Shown here piece by piece: positions 1 through 9,888 of a stretch of 64,000 nt of DNA (position 1 is the stretch's first letter; every line of letters begins with the position of its first letter). The stretch spans positions 1 through 64,000 of the forward strand of contig CBDHHL010000026.1 in assembly GCA_965263355.1 (NCBI GenBank). The letters run 5' to 3'. The stretch comes from Leptolyngbyaceae cyanobacterium. GTDB lineage: Bacteria; Cyanobacteriota; Cyanobacteriia; Phormidesmidales; Phormidesmidaceae. The notes below the pieces were generated by a model, which saw only the letters and a program-made list of their open reading frames with translations, had not been told where the DNA came from and searched no databases. The position numbers were made by a program, and so were the translations under genes.

Positions 1-351
1 GTCTGTCAAGCTAATGCCATAGTCCTCTTGACGTAGCTCTGGTATCCGGCAATCGTCTAAGCGCAGAGGAATCAGGTAAATCTGCCCTGGGGGACGACCC
101 GCCATTTCGCTGAGCGCCATTTTGAACTCACGCTGGATATAGCCCTGCTTTTGAACCGACTTCTGGGATAGACACGCGATAAAGACATGGCTATTTTTAA
201 TCGCTTTTGGGATTTCAGCTCGCCAACTCTGGCCAGGCAGTAAATCAACCTGATCGAGCCACGGCTCAAACCCGCTTTGCTTAAGGCGGTTGTACAACTC
301 AGTAACAGCGGCTTTATCTTCACTGGCATGGGCCAGAAATATGCGTATCAT
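1..351 (-). CDS. TIR-domain protein, N-terminal part (runs off the left edge; absent from the ORF track)
   Basis: Manual translation from ATG at 351: MIRIFLAHASEDK...GFEPWLDQVDLLPGQSWRAEIPKAIKNSHVFIACLSQKSVQKQGYIQREF...IYLIPLRLDDC. TIR_2 pattern with the putative catalytic Glu; frame open to position 1. Confidence 0.9.
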   Translation of the reverse strand, partial: MIRIFLAHASEDKAAVTELYNRLKQSGFEPWLDQVDLLPGQSWRAEIPKAIKNSHVFIACLSQKSVQKQGYIQREFKMALSEMAGRPPGQIYLIPLRLDDCRIPELRQEDYGISLTD

Positions 352-635
352 TAGATATGATCGATATGCATCACAACACACTTAGAAAGCGGCTCTAACT
401 TGGCGGTTGGGGGTCGCTTTCTGAGTATTTAGCCATTATGGCAGGAGGCAATCGGGAAATCACTGCATCTCCCAAGGCACCACCTAATGTCGTCCGGTTA
501 ACATCCACGAAATCAGATAGCAATAAATATTCTTTATTTTTCAGTGCTTTCAGCTTGCGATCTCGGGCAGCTGCCCCTCGGCCACCTAGTCTATAAATTC
601 AAGCGTTTTTAGCATAGGCTCATGAATAATGCAGC

Positions 636-878
636 CAGGTGCGATGTAGGCCAGGCGCGATCTCAGGCCAGGTGCGATGTAGACTAGGCGCGATCACAGG
701 TTAATTCAGCTAGGTGCGATGTAGGCCAGGCGCGATAGCACGTTAATGCAGCTAGGTGCGATGTAGGCCAGGCGCGATAGCACGTTAATTCAGCTAGGTG
801 CGATGTAGACTAGGCGAGATCGCAGGTTAATTCAACTAGGTGCGATGTAGGCCAGGCGCGATAGCAGGTTAATTCAGC
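636..878. repeat. Non-coding tandem repeat, 6 units of 42 bp (first unit 33 bp)
   Basis: Units start at 636, 669, 711, 753, 795, 837; consensus TAGGTGCGATGTAGGCCAGGCGCGATAGCAGGTTAATTCAGC; stops in all six frames. Confidence 0.95.
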
Positions 879-1024
879 TGATGGGCGTTAATAGCAATAT
901 GGATCACACTCAACCTTTTCTTAAGGTAAGTCAATAAAATTTTATTACCTCGTAATTAGGTAGTAAATTAAATCCTAATATCTGAATCCCTTATGAGGCA
1001 ATACTTATAAAGCTATCCGCTTAT

Positions 1025-1070
1025 CCTTGGGGTAGTAGGGGTCGTGGGTTCAAATCCCGCCGCTCCGATT
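1025..1070 (+). repeat. att site: 3' half of tRNA-Pro(GGG), copy 1
   Basis: CCTTGGGGTAGTAGGGGTCGTGGGTTCAAATCCCGCCGCTCCGATT gives anticodon loop TTGGGGT, T-arm GGTTCAAATCC and the acceptor 3' strand; no tRNA 5' half upstream. Confidence 0.9.
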
Positions 1071-1074
1071 GATT

Positions 1075-1100
1075 GAAAACCGCTAGTTACAGCGGTTTTC
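1075..1100 (+). terminator. Hairpin terminator after att copy 1
   Basis: GAAAACCGCT-AGTTAC-AGCGGTTTTC, perfect 10-bp stem followed by a T-rich tract. Confidence 0.7.
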
Positions 1101-1148
1101 GCGTTTTAAACCCCAGGCCATTCAGTGGGGATGACGTGGGTAGTAACG

Positions 1149-2800
1149 CAGGGTAATTGCAGTTATTTAGTATAAATTGTACTTGACAGAAAGTATTAAA
1201 TAGTGGGTCAGTGTGATCACCAAATGATTCTAAACCCAATGCTAATAACAAGTGTTAATATGCAGCTCAATTTAGAACCCATGCAACATGACCTCTTAAC
1301 AGAATGATGTGAAGTTCTCTCAATCCAGATTCGTGTTGTGCTCAGCATTAACACACCAGAAACACTACACCTCAGCTTCAGTGTCAGCACTAGCCATGAG
1401 TAACGACAAAAGATAATTATTATCCATGGCAGCCCGATACCGCTTTGTGTTGATACTACCTTTGCTAGAATCTCGTTTTATGAGATTGATGCACAAACGC
1501 CCTCTGGGCCATCGATCTTAGCCTTCAACCGGGTAACTATCAGGCATTCCTAAGTGAGTGAACTTATTGAGAATAGAACATTCCAACAGTAATTCTGTCG
1601 AAGTAATCCTATATTCTCCGGTCCATGGTCTTTTCGAATTCGACTTTGGTCCTCTTTGAAGGTCACATCTAGAACCCAATGGAGACTATTTTCAATACTC
1701 CAATGGGACCGAATCGATTGCCCAAAAACACTGGCATCTGATTCTAAACTGCTGATATAAAAGCAGATGTTTTCTTCTTCTTTGTTCGGTAGAATTCGTC
1801 TACGACGAACCATCACAATACTCTTTAACCCTTTCCATTTCTGCACATTGGGGAGGTCCTCTGGCACTTGCTCAATCGAGACAACCCACACCTGACGATG
1901 CTCAATGCGATCATGTCCTGTCCTGCTTCAGTAGTATGCTCATAACTATAGTCAATGTCCTGCCATTCATTGGCTCGGGCCTGTTCAAAAAAATCTTTAA
2001 CACCCTGATAGAGATTGTCTTGATTCGCCTTGAGCGCCAATATATAGTCCCCTCCACCCTGAATAATTTGCTCTGCAATGGCCGTTTGCGTCCCCATCGC
2101 ATCGATGGTGATGATTGTTCCTTCTAAGGACAACATTTCAAGCAGCTCAGGAATGGCCGTAATCTCATTGGATTTGGTATCGACCCGTTGCTGAGCTAAC
2201 ACTAAGTGATGTTCTGATGCCCAGGCACTCACGCTATGGAGTGCTTTACCCCCCACCTTCCGATCCTTCGACCCCCGCAAGGTCTTGCCATCGATATGGA
2301 TGACTTTGATCTGTAATTGGGTTGTTATTTGCTCTATCCAACCCAAGAAAAACTGATGAAACTGCTCTGGGTCGATCACTCTAAACACCCTTGAGAAAGT
2401 ATCGTGCGACGGGATGCCATGGGGCAATTCCAAAAACGTCGATAACCATTCCTGTTTTGCCTCACCATAGGTTTCGACCTCCGTCATCGTGTTGGACCCA
2501 GCTAAGGTCGCAAAGATGGCGATGGTGACGATATCAATCAGTAAATGGAGGGGGTTTCGTTTCGTACGAGGGTCATCTAGGTTCTTGATCTCATCAAGCA
2601 TCGTGTGCTTGAGCGTTGGGGTGGGACTGGACTTGGATAGGGGCAACGATGGTGGACCAAACCCTTTTGACATAAAGCTAAACCCGTACTGGGATGGTTG
2701 AAGGACAAGTTTTGAAGCTAGCAAACTCCAAGCCCTATCCACCATTCAATCAGTACTAATTGTCAAGTACAATTTATACCAAATAGCTGCGATACCCCTG
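1149..2800 (-). mobile_element. ISAs1-family insertion sequence
   Basis: 40-bp imperfect terminal inverted repeats: 1149-1188 CAGGGTAATTGCAGTTATTTAGTATAAATTGTACTTGACA and 2761-2800; no target duplication visible. Confidence 0.9.
1365..2745 (-). pseudogene. ISAs1 transposase, disrupted twice
   Basis: Motifs [47 protein letters not shown]. Frameshift from a 5-bp duplication TCCTG (1916-1925) and a 98-bp insertion (1500-1597). True C-terminus RLCINLIK...RYRAAMDNNYLL ends at TAG 1365. Start uncertain. Confidence 0.9.
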
Positions 2801-2917
2801 CCCCACAGCCAAAGAACAAGCTGCTGACTCAGGACCAGTAGACCCACAGTTGCGTGCTTTTCTGAGAGAGGATGCCGCGATCATGGCAGGGTTAAATCCT
2901 TTTATCAATGACTTGAC

Positions 2918-3304
2918 GTGAAGCCTCCTCAGACCAGAGTACCGATATCAGTAGACCGCAAAACGGCAGAGCAAATTGCGGGAACGGCTGTGCTGCTATT
3001 GGAGCGATTTTGTGCGCATCAGCCCAGGGGACAGCGAGTATTTGAAGGGAAGCAATTTTATACGATTGTGGAGCGGGGTCGGAATTTAAATATTGAGTTT
3101 AAGGGGGATACAAAGCATCTGCCAGAGACAATTTTGACGCTGCGAACTCAGCAACAGAATGGACAGAGATTTTATCAAGTAGAAGCCTGGTTGACGCGGG
3201 AGGATTTACAGCGGTTTAGATTAATTCGCAGAGAGATATTAAAAGACATGAAGAGTATTGTCATGAACTCCGAGCACAACAATAAGCTTGAATTAGGCAA
3301 GTAA
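2918..3304 (+). CDS. Hypothetical protein (mobile-element type)
   Basis: 128-aa ORF; its GTG start overlaps the TGA of an upstream frame cut by ISAs1. Confidence 0.55.
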   Translation: MKPPQTRVPISVDRKTAEQIAGTAVLLLERFCAHQPRGQRVFEGKQFYTIVERGRNLNIEFKGDTKHLPETILTLRTQQQNGQRFYQVEAWLTREDLQRFRLIRREILKDMKSIVMNSEHNNKLELGK

Positions 3305-3567
3305 AGGGTATGAATAGTTTTTTATAGTTTTGTAGAGACCTGCTTGTCTGTTACTCTGTCTATCAGTTGAGGGCACCGATGGACCATAGCAGAGGGATTT
3401 ACTCTTCATCAGTTTTGTGCTCAACAATACAAAATAGGAATATTTAATCGTACTATTGGCTTACATTTTCATTCGATGTCAGAGTTGTGTAAGACATATG
3501 TAAGAGTTCAAAAATTATTGATTTTGGGTAGGTATGATCTGAACTGTCATGAGATGGTAATCGGGTC

Positions 3568-6500
3568 ATGCTTAGATCTTTGAAAGTTGCAAAAGTCCAC
3601 CTTCCACGTGTTCAACTAGCCTACCAGCAAAAATTTTCAACGCAACTGAAACTAGCAGAGACCTTAAAACTATCTCGTCAGACGGTCAGCAGTTTTCTTA
3701 ATGGGAGGCCAGTTGATCGACTTAATTTTATTGAGATTAGTGGACAATTGAATATGGACTGGAAATCCATTGCCGAGTTTAAGTCTTCTCAAGTAGACAC
3801 AGATGAGATGCCGGATTGTCCACACTTTTATGGGCGTTCGCATGAGCTACAGCAATTAAGAACATGGATCTTTCAAGATAAATGCCGTTTAATTGCTGTT
3901 TTAGGCATGGGTGGCATTGGAAAAACAGTCCTTACAGGCAAATTTGTAGAGGAGATAGTAGATGATTTTGATTACATTATTTGGCGTAATCTTCACGAAG
4001 CAGCACCAATCAAAGATTTTTTAATTGATATCATTCGATTTCTCGCTAAAAAAGAAGAGGTCAATAAAATCAATACTGAAACCTCTTCTGCACTCATAAT
4101 GCAATTAATCAAATACTTGAGAAGCAATCGATGTTTGATTGTTTTAGATAATGCCGAGACAATTTTACGACAAGGAAACAACGCTGGCAATTTTGCTGAA
4201 GATTATGAGGAATATGGCAAATTGCTCAGAAGAGTAGGCGAAATACCTCACAATAGTTGTTTTCTTGTAACAAGCCGTGAAAAGCCTCTAATTATTCAAG
4301 CTAATGAAGGTAAAAGATCACCTGTTCATTCGTTGCAGCTTGGTGGATTAAGTGAAGAAGATGGAGCACATCTCCTAGCGGATAAAGGATTAACATTTGA
4401 CCAATCATCTTTACTTGTTAAAAAGTTAATCCATAATTGCTCTGGCAATCCTTTAATGTTGAAGATTGTGGCCTCAACAATCGAAATAGCTTTTAGTGGT
4501 AGCATTGAAAATTTCTTAAATGAAGGAACACTTGTTTCCAATGGTGTTAATGACTTAATTAATCAGCAATTTAGTCGTTTAACTAATCTTGAGAAAGAAA
4601 TAATGTATTGGTTTGTAATTGAGCAAGAACCTGTTTCAATCGCTGAAATCCAAAAATACAATTTGTGTAGATTTTCGATATCAGAAATACAAGAATCTAT
4701 CAAGTCTCTTCTACATAGATCCCTCATTGAAAGCCATACTCCTTTACTTTTTACATTACAACCAGTCATCATGGAGTATGTGACGAATGGGTTAATTGAA
4801 GACATCTTCCAAGAAATAAGATACGAAGAGCTGAATATATTAAAAACTCACTCTCTTATTAAAGCCCAAACTAAGGATTATCTAAGAGAAAAACAAGTCA
4901 GAATAATTTTAAATCCAATTCTTGAAAAGCTCCTCAGCTTTTTCGATAATTCACGCAACTTACATAACCATCTACATCAAATGTTAGATAAGCTGCGCCA
5001 AAGTTCTTCCACAGATCTAGGCTATACCTGTGGCAATATTTTAAACTTACTGTGTCATTCAGGAGCAGAACTAACCAACTATAACTTGTCAAAACTGACG
5101 ATTCGTCAAGCTTACTTTCAAGGTAAAGAGCTACGAAATGTTGACTTTTCACAATCTGAAATCGTTGATTCAGTTTTTACCGAAACACTTGAAACTATCT
5201 TATCACTATCATTTAGCCCAGATTCAGAATTTTTAGCTACAGCAGATGCTAATGGTGAGATATGTCTATGGCATGTTGGAACAGGGAAACGCCATTTAGT
5301 TTGCAAAGGTCATACTGATTGGGTGAGATCTGTTTCCTTTAGTCCAGATGGATTAACGTTGGTAAGTGGCAGTGGAGATAAGACTATTAAGTTATGGGAT
5401 TCTAGAACTGGACATTGCCAATTAACTTTTAAGGGGCATTCAGAAAGGATACGATCAGTTAAGTTTAGCCCTGATGGAAAATTTATAATCAGTGGTGGAC
5501 TTGATAGGAGCGTAAGAATTTGGGATGTAAAAACAGGCCAGTGTATTAGAAATTTTCTAGATCATTCTAATTCTATTCGCTCAGTAGTATTTAGCCCTGA
5601 TGGTCAGTTCATTGCAAGCAGTGGGGAAGATCAAATAATCAAGATTAGGGAAATCAAAACAGGTACTATAGTAAGGGCTCTTACAGGACATCAGAAATCT
5701 GTTCGCTCAATAGCGTTTAGTCCAGATGGAAAATTATTGGCTAGTAGCAGTACAGACAAAACAGTTAGAATTTGGGATTATCAATCAGGAATATGTCTCA
5801 AAGTATTAGAAGGTCACGAAGATGGTGTCAGACTTGTAAGATTTAGTCCAGACAGCAGTTCAATTGCAAGCAGTAGTGATGACAAAACAGTCAGGATCTG
5901 GGATATTTCTACCGGAGAATGTGTCAATATTCTCCAAGGGCATACACATTGGGTAAGATGTATTGCTTTTTCTCCTAACGGGCATATTCTTGCTAGTGGG
6001 GGGGCTGACAGAATGGTAAAGCTTTGGGATACAAAAACTGGCCAATGTATCCGAACTCTCAGAGGCTATACAAATTGGATTCGTTCTGTAGTTTTTAGTC
6101 CTGATGGAGAAGTCTTAGCGAGTGGTAATGCAGATCAGCAGGTCAGACTATGGAATACCCGAACAGGCAAGCTTATTAGAACAGTATCTGTACTAAGCGG
6201 ATGGGTTCAATCTGTTGCATATAGTCCAGATGGAAAGCTTTTAGCAACTGGTAGTAGCGATCCAGTAATCAAACTTTGTAACTTGACAAGTAATACTTGC
6301 CAGCCATTGAAAGGGCACCGAAATAGAGTAATGTCTGTGGCCTTTAGTCCAGATGGTTATACACTTGCAAGTGGTAGTGATGACTGTACAATTAGACTTT
6401 GGAACGTCTCAACAAGTGAATGTCTAGAAATACTGGAAGGTCATTCAGATAGAGTTAATTCCGTAAGTTTTAGTCCTGATAGTTGCTTGATAGCTAGTGC

Positions 6501-7089
6501 TAGTGAAGATGAAACAATCGCTATATGGGATGTAAGGACTGGTGTACAAATAGCTTCTCTCAAGGGGCATTATAATCGTGTCCGAACTGTGGCATTTAGC
6601 TGTGATGGAAAAATCATCGCTAGCGGAGGCAGCGATAAAACTATCAAGCTTTGGGATACAACTACAAATGAATGTATTCGTACGTTAGAAGGCCATACTC
6701 ATCAAATTCGATCACTCTCATTTAGCCCAAACAAAAACCTTTTAGTGAGTGCCAGTAGTGACAAAACCTTAAAGGTTTGGGACATTGTGACCGGCGAATG
6801 TAAAAGGACTTATCTAGCACATAATAATGTAGTCTGTTCTGTTGCTTGTGATCCAAGCGGGCGGCTAATAGCAAGCGGTAGTCGAGATGGGACAATCTGT
6901 CTTTGGTCGGTTGACCAAAACACCTTATTGAAAGTTATGAAATCTGATAGGCCTTACGAAGGGATAAGGATTTCACAAACAACTGGTTTGACTGACGCTG
7001 AGAAGGCATCACTTGAAACATTAGGTGCATTAACCGATCCAGAACCTAGCATGCTATTTCGCTACGAAGAAATACAGCAGCCTGAATAG
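3568..7089 (+). CDS. HTH + NB-ARC (STAND NTPase) + WD40 repeat protein
   Basis: N-terminal XRE-like HTH, Walker A GMGGIGKT, Walker B LIVLDNAE, VTSRE, GNPL, then about 14 GH...SPDG...WD repeats. Confidence 0.95.
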   Translation: MLRSLKVAKVHLPRVQLAYQQKFSTQLKLAETLKLSRQTVSSFLNGRPVDRLNFIEISGQLNMDWKSIAEFKSSQVDTDEMPDCPHFYGRSHELQQLRTWIFQDKCRLIAVLGMGGIGKTVLTGKFVEEIVDDFDYIIWRNLHEAAPIKDFLIDIIRFLAKKEEVNKINTETSSALIMQLIKYLRSNRCLIVLDNAETILRQGNNAGNFAEDYEEYGKLLRRVGEIPHNSCFLVTSREKPLIIQANEGKRSPVHSLQLGGLSEEDGAHLLADKGLTFDQSSLLVKKLIHNCSGNPLMLKIVASTIEIAFSGSIENFLNEGTLVSNGVNDLINQQFSRLTNLEKEIMYWFVIEQEPVSIAEIQKYNLCRFSISEIQESIKSLLHRSLIESHTPLLFTLQPVIMEYVTNGLIEDIFQEIRYEELNILKTHSLIKAQTKDYLREKQVRIILNPILEKLLSFFDNSRNLHNHLHQMLDKLRQSSSTDLGYTCGNILNLLCHSGAELTNYNLSKLTIRQAYFQGKELRNVDFSQSEIVDSVFTETLETILSLSFSPDSEFLATADANGEICLWHVGTGKRHLVCKGHTDWVRSVSFSPDGLTLVSGSGDKTIKLWDSRTGHCQLTFKGHSERIRSVKFSPDGKFIISGGLDRSVRIWDVKTGQCIRNFLDHSNSIRSVVFSPDGQFIASSGEDQIIKIREIKTGTIVRALTGHQKSVRSIAFSPDGKLLASSSTDKTVRIWDYQSGICLKVLEGHEDGVRLVRFSPDSSSIASSSDDKTVRIWDISTGECVNILQGHTHWVRCIAFSPNGHILASGGADRMVKLWDTKTGQCIRTLRGYTNWIRSVVFSPDGEVLASGNADQQVRLWNTRTGKLIRTVSVLSGWVQSVAYSPDGKLLATGSSDPVIKLCNLTSNTCQPLKGHRNRVMSVAFSPDGYTLASGSDDCTIRLWNVSTSECLEILEGHSDRVNSVSFSPDSCLIASASEDETIAIWDVRTGVQIASLKGHYNRVRTVAFSCDGKIIASGGSDKTIKLWDTTTNECIRTLEGHTHQIRSLSFSPNKNLLVSASSDKTLKVWDIVTGECKRTYLAHNNVVCSVACDPSGRLIASGSRDGTICLWSVDQNTLLKVMKSDRPYEGIRISQTTGLTDAEKASLETLGALTDPEPSMLFRYEEIQQPE

Positions 7090-7156
7090 GTAACAAGGTT
7101 CAACAATTCTAAACACTTTACAACTGTTCTACCCTCTCTTTCAGGTAGAGAAGACT

Positions 7157-7902
7157 ATGATCTCGAATTCCCAGAAGCTTAGTTACAAAGCAAGAAATCT
7201 TCTTGAAAGCGAGCAAAATGCTTTGCTGAGCCAAGTACGATGGTTCATTGCGCCTTACTTACACTCAATGAAATTGGCAAGAGAGCAGATTGAGCAACAA
7301 AACTTAGAAGATTTAAAAGTTAGCCTTAATACCATCGAGCAAGCAATTTCAAACTCCGAGGGTTGGCCAAAATTTGGCGTCAAGTTTGACTCAAAAGCAG
7401 GCATTGTAATTACTAAAACTTCTGCTGCAAAAACCATTTCCAAATTACTGCTTTGCCAATACTATTGGAACACAAAAGGTTTATCTTGGAACGTATAAAA
7501 TTCCTAAGTAGTGAAGAGAAGATTGAAACGCTTAAAGACTTAATCCAAAATGTTGGAAATGAAAACATTAGAGAAAAAATAGAGCAAGAAGTTGATAACT
7601 TAGCTCTTGAAAACCGAAGAGCGGAAGAACAAATTCTCGAGGTTAAAGATATACAATACGAAACACAGCTAGACTTTCGGAATCAGCTCGCCGAGCTAAA
7701 AGTGTTTAAGGAAAAATCCAAAATTTGGTTAGCATTTCTCAATAGAGAACCTGCCGCAACAATTTTAGGGGCATTGCTGCTTATTGTTTTTGGCATTTCG
7801 CTTATTATGTTTGTCTTTATTGAAAAGACTATCCCAGATATAATCAGCGGTACTTTTTTCACTATCTTAGGTTACTTTTTCGGACAGTCATCAAATAAAT
7901 GA
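7157..7902 (+). pseudogene. Frameshifted membrane protein (two C-terminal TM helices)
   Basis: ORFs 7157-7498 and 7453-7902 overlap and join if one base is added at the A-run near 7429-7433 (...HFQITALPILLEHKRFILERI); ends ILGYFFGQSSNK. Confidence 0.6.
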
Positions 7903-7943
7903 GGGACTGAACAACTAAATAGGTTTATATTTTCACCTCCTAG

Positions 7944-8150
7944 TTAGTGGTCCTTATCTTCATTTTCATCAACAGGGAATTTTTTCTGTTTCTCAGCTTC
8001 CCGCACTGCCGTCTCAATAATGTAAGCTGCCAAATTTGCTGTGGGTCGTCCTTCATGGTCGGCCCATTTCTCTAGTAGCTCAGCCACCGCATCCGGCAGG
8101 GTTACATTAATCCGCTTGCTCACGCTTTGCCCTTGCATCAACTCGTACAT
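7944..8150 (-). CDS. Ribbon-helix-helix (CopG-like) regulator
   Basis: SKRINVTLPDAVAELLEKWADHEGRPTANLAAYIIE, the cyanobacterial RHH pattern; divergent from the ParM operon. Confidence 0.85.
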   Translation of the reverse strand: MYELMQGQSVSKRINVTLPDAVAELLEKWADHEGRPTANLAAYIIETAVREAEKQKKFPVDENEDKDH

Positions 8151-8244
8151 CAGTCTATCCCCTTACATCGCTTTAGACGCGACTCGTATTTCATTACACC
8201 TATTGCGTATCTTATTAGATGTAAATATGATGTAATCAGATGCA
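8146..8244. promoter_or_regulatory. Putative RHH operator or centromere-like boxes
   Basis: GATGTA/GATGCA direct repeats at 8218, 8229, 8239 and inverted TACATC at 8146 and 8164 in the divergent intergenic region. Confidence 0.4.
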
Positions 8245-8353
8245 GGCACGTCAAAACGATCCATATTTCGTACTTGCCCTGCCAGTCAGGACTTGACCTT
8301 GTAAGCAACCGTCAAGCCTGCTCGCACATCACTTTAAGGAGGCATTGACCTTT

Positions 8354-9355
8354 ATGAAACTTGCCATTGAGCGTGCCGAAACCAGCACGCAACCCGTCAC
8401 CCAAACGCCCAATAGCGTCCTTACCTATCGCCGCTTTGCCTTTGATGGAGGTAACCGCTTCATCAAATGGGTTAGCCCAGACCATCAGCCCCGCTGCATT
8501 CCCTCTTACATCAAACCCCTGGAAGATTGGGAAGATGCCTTGCCAGACTCGAATACCGTGATTATCGAGTCCAACGGTATCCGCTACGTGATCGGTCAGG
8601 TCGCCCAAGAATTGAAGGGTAAGCCCACCTACCAGCACAGCAAAGCCAACCTGGCCCAAAAGCTATTTCTTGCTGCCCTGGAGCCAACGGAAGATCGCAC
8701 CCACATCTTGATTGACACCCTGGTCGTCACCACCCCCGATACCCGCGATCAGCAGGCCGTAAAACGGTTAACCGCCTTGCAGGGACTGCACCAGTTCAAA
8801 CGCAATGGTGTGGAAATTGCCGCCAAGATCAACCGGGTGGAGGTGGTCGATGAATGCCTCAGCGCCTGGCGCTATGCCTGGAATCAGGGCCTGTTTAGCT
8901 ATCACCGCAAAAACGCCGTGCTGGATCTCGGCGGCGGGACAGCCCTGGCACGAGTGATTCTGCCCAATGGTCTGATTGACCGGGCCGCTGATGTCAAACT
9001 GCCTGGGACCTTTGACCTGGCCAATAAAATTGCCGCTGCCCTCAAGGCCCGCTCCGAATATAGTCCCGATTTGGGGCTAATTATGGATGCCATTGCCACC
9101 GGCACCTTCACCATTGGTCCGCGCCAGAGCTTTGCCGGACTGTTCGAGCGCTGTCGTCAGGACTGGCTAGCGGATATTCAAGCCACCCTGCGAGAAACCT
9201 GGGTCAAGCAAGCTGCCGAAATTGGCGAAGTTCTAATTGTCGGTGGGTCGGCTACCCTGGCCACGGCCCTGGCCGAAACCAGCAATGGACGGTTCAAGAT
9301 TCCTGAGCAACCCAGCCCCCAACTGATCAGCCTCTATGGACTGCTGGAGGACTAA
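8354..9355 (+). CDS. ParM/StbA-like actin ATPase
   Basis: Actin-fold motifs FDGGNRFIK, VVDE, VLDLGGGT, LIVGGSA; AGGAGG upstream. Confidence 0.85.
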   Translation: MKLAIERAETSTQPVTQTPNSVLTYRRFAFDGGNRFIKWVSPDHQPRCIPSYIKPLEDWEDALPDSNTVIIESNGIRYVIGQVAQELKGKPTYQHSKANLAQKLFLAALEPTEDRTHILIDTLVVTTPDTRDQQAVKRLTALQGLHQFKRNGVEIAAKINRVEVVDECLSAWRYAWNQGLFSYHRKNAVLDLGGGTALARVILPNGLIDRAADVKLPGTFDLANKIAAALKARSEYSPDLGLIMDAIATGTFTIGPRQSFAGLFERCRQDWLADIQATLRETWVKQAAEIGEVLIVGGSATLATALAETSNGRFKIPEQPSPQLISLYGLLED

Positions 9356-9358
9356 GCC

Positions 9359-9628
9359 ATGGCGCAAGCACGGATTGTCCTGCGGGAAGAGCATCTCACC
9401 ATTGCCAACGATCTGAAAGAAAACACTCGGCTGGGCAGCCTGACCGAAGTGGTGGGAGTGCTCTTAACCCGCTACGGACGACACCTGAAGGCCACCTGGG
9501 AGCTGGAGCCCAGCGCTGACACCATGGCTGAGGTGACCCCAACACCAACTGTCCAGCCCGTCACCCTTTCAGAACAGTCCACCCCTCCAAGGGATCCGGG
9601 CACTCATCTAGCTCCCCTCTGGTCCTGA
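9359..9628 (+). CDS. Small ParR-like/DNA-binding partner (putative)
   Basis: 89 aa, 3 bp after parM; beta-helix-helix-like N-terminus and low-complexity Pro/Thr tail. Confidence 0.55.
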   Translation: MAQARIVLREEHLTIANDLKENTRLGSLTEVVGVLLTRYGRHLKATWELEPSADTMAEVTPTPTVQPVTLSEQSTPPRDPGTHLAPLWS

Positions 9629-9699
9629 TATCTCTCTTATTACCTACCTCAATAGGTTCCTGAATCTCCATGCCATCCACCCCAGGGAGGTTACCCACG

Positions 9700-9825
9700 A
9701 TGAAATTTGCACTGGGCGCAATCTTGTTACTCCTTGTTGTAATTGCCGCCAACTCATCCTCTATCTCCAAACCTGACCCACTCCACCGCGCTGGCGAGGT
9801 CCCCCAGCGATTAACAACTCCGTAA
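9700..9825 (+). CDS. 41-aa hydrophobic peptide (signal/TM); not in the ORF track
   Basis: GGGAGG RBS, then MKFALGAILLLLVVIAANSSSISKPDPLHRAGEVPQRLTTP*. Confidence 0.6.
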   Translation: MKFALGAILLLLVVIAANSSSISKPDPLHRAGEVPQRLTTP

Positions 9826-9888
9826 ACTAACCAGACTCAAACTCTCTTCTATCCCTGCAGATCCTTACCCCAATTCCCAATATGAACC

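Noticed and set aside
72..329. Listed 85-aa ORF
   Set aside because: Off-frame shadow of the TIR gene.
636..878. CRISPR array
   Set aside because: Units are contiguous with no unique spacers, and there are no cas genes in the window.
1025..1070. Functional tRNA genes here and at 22940-22985
   Set aside because: No acceptor 5' strand or D-arm upstream of either copy.
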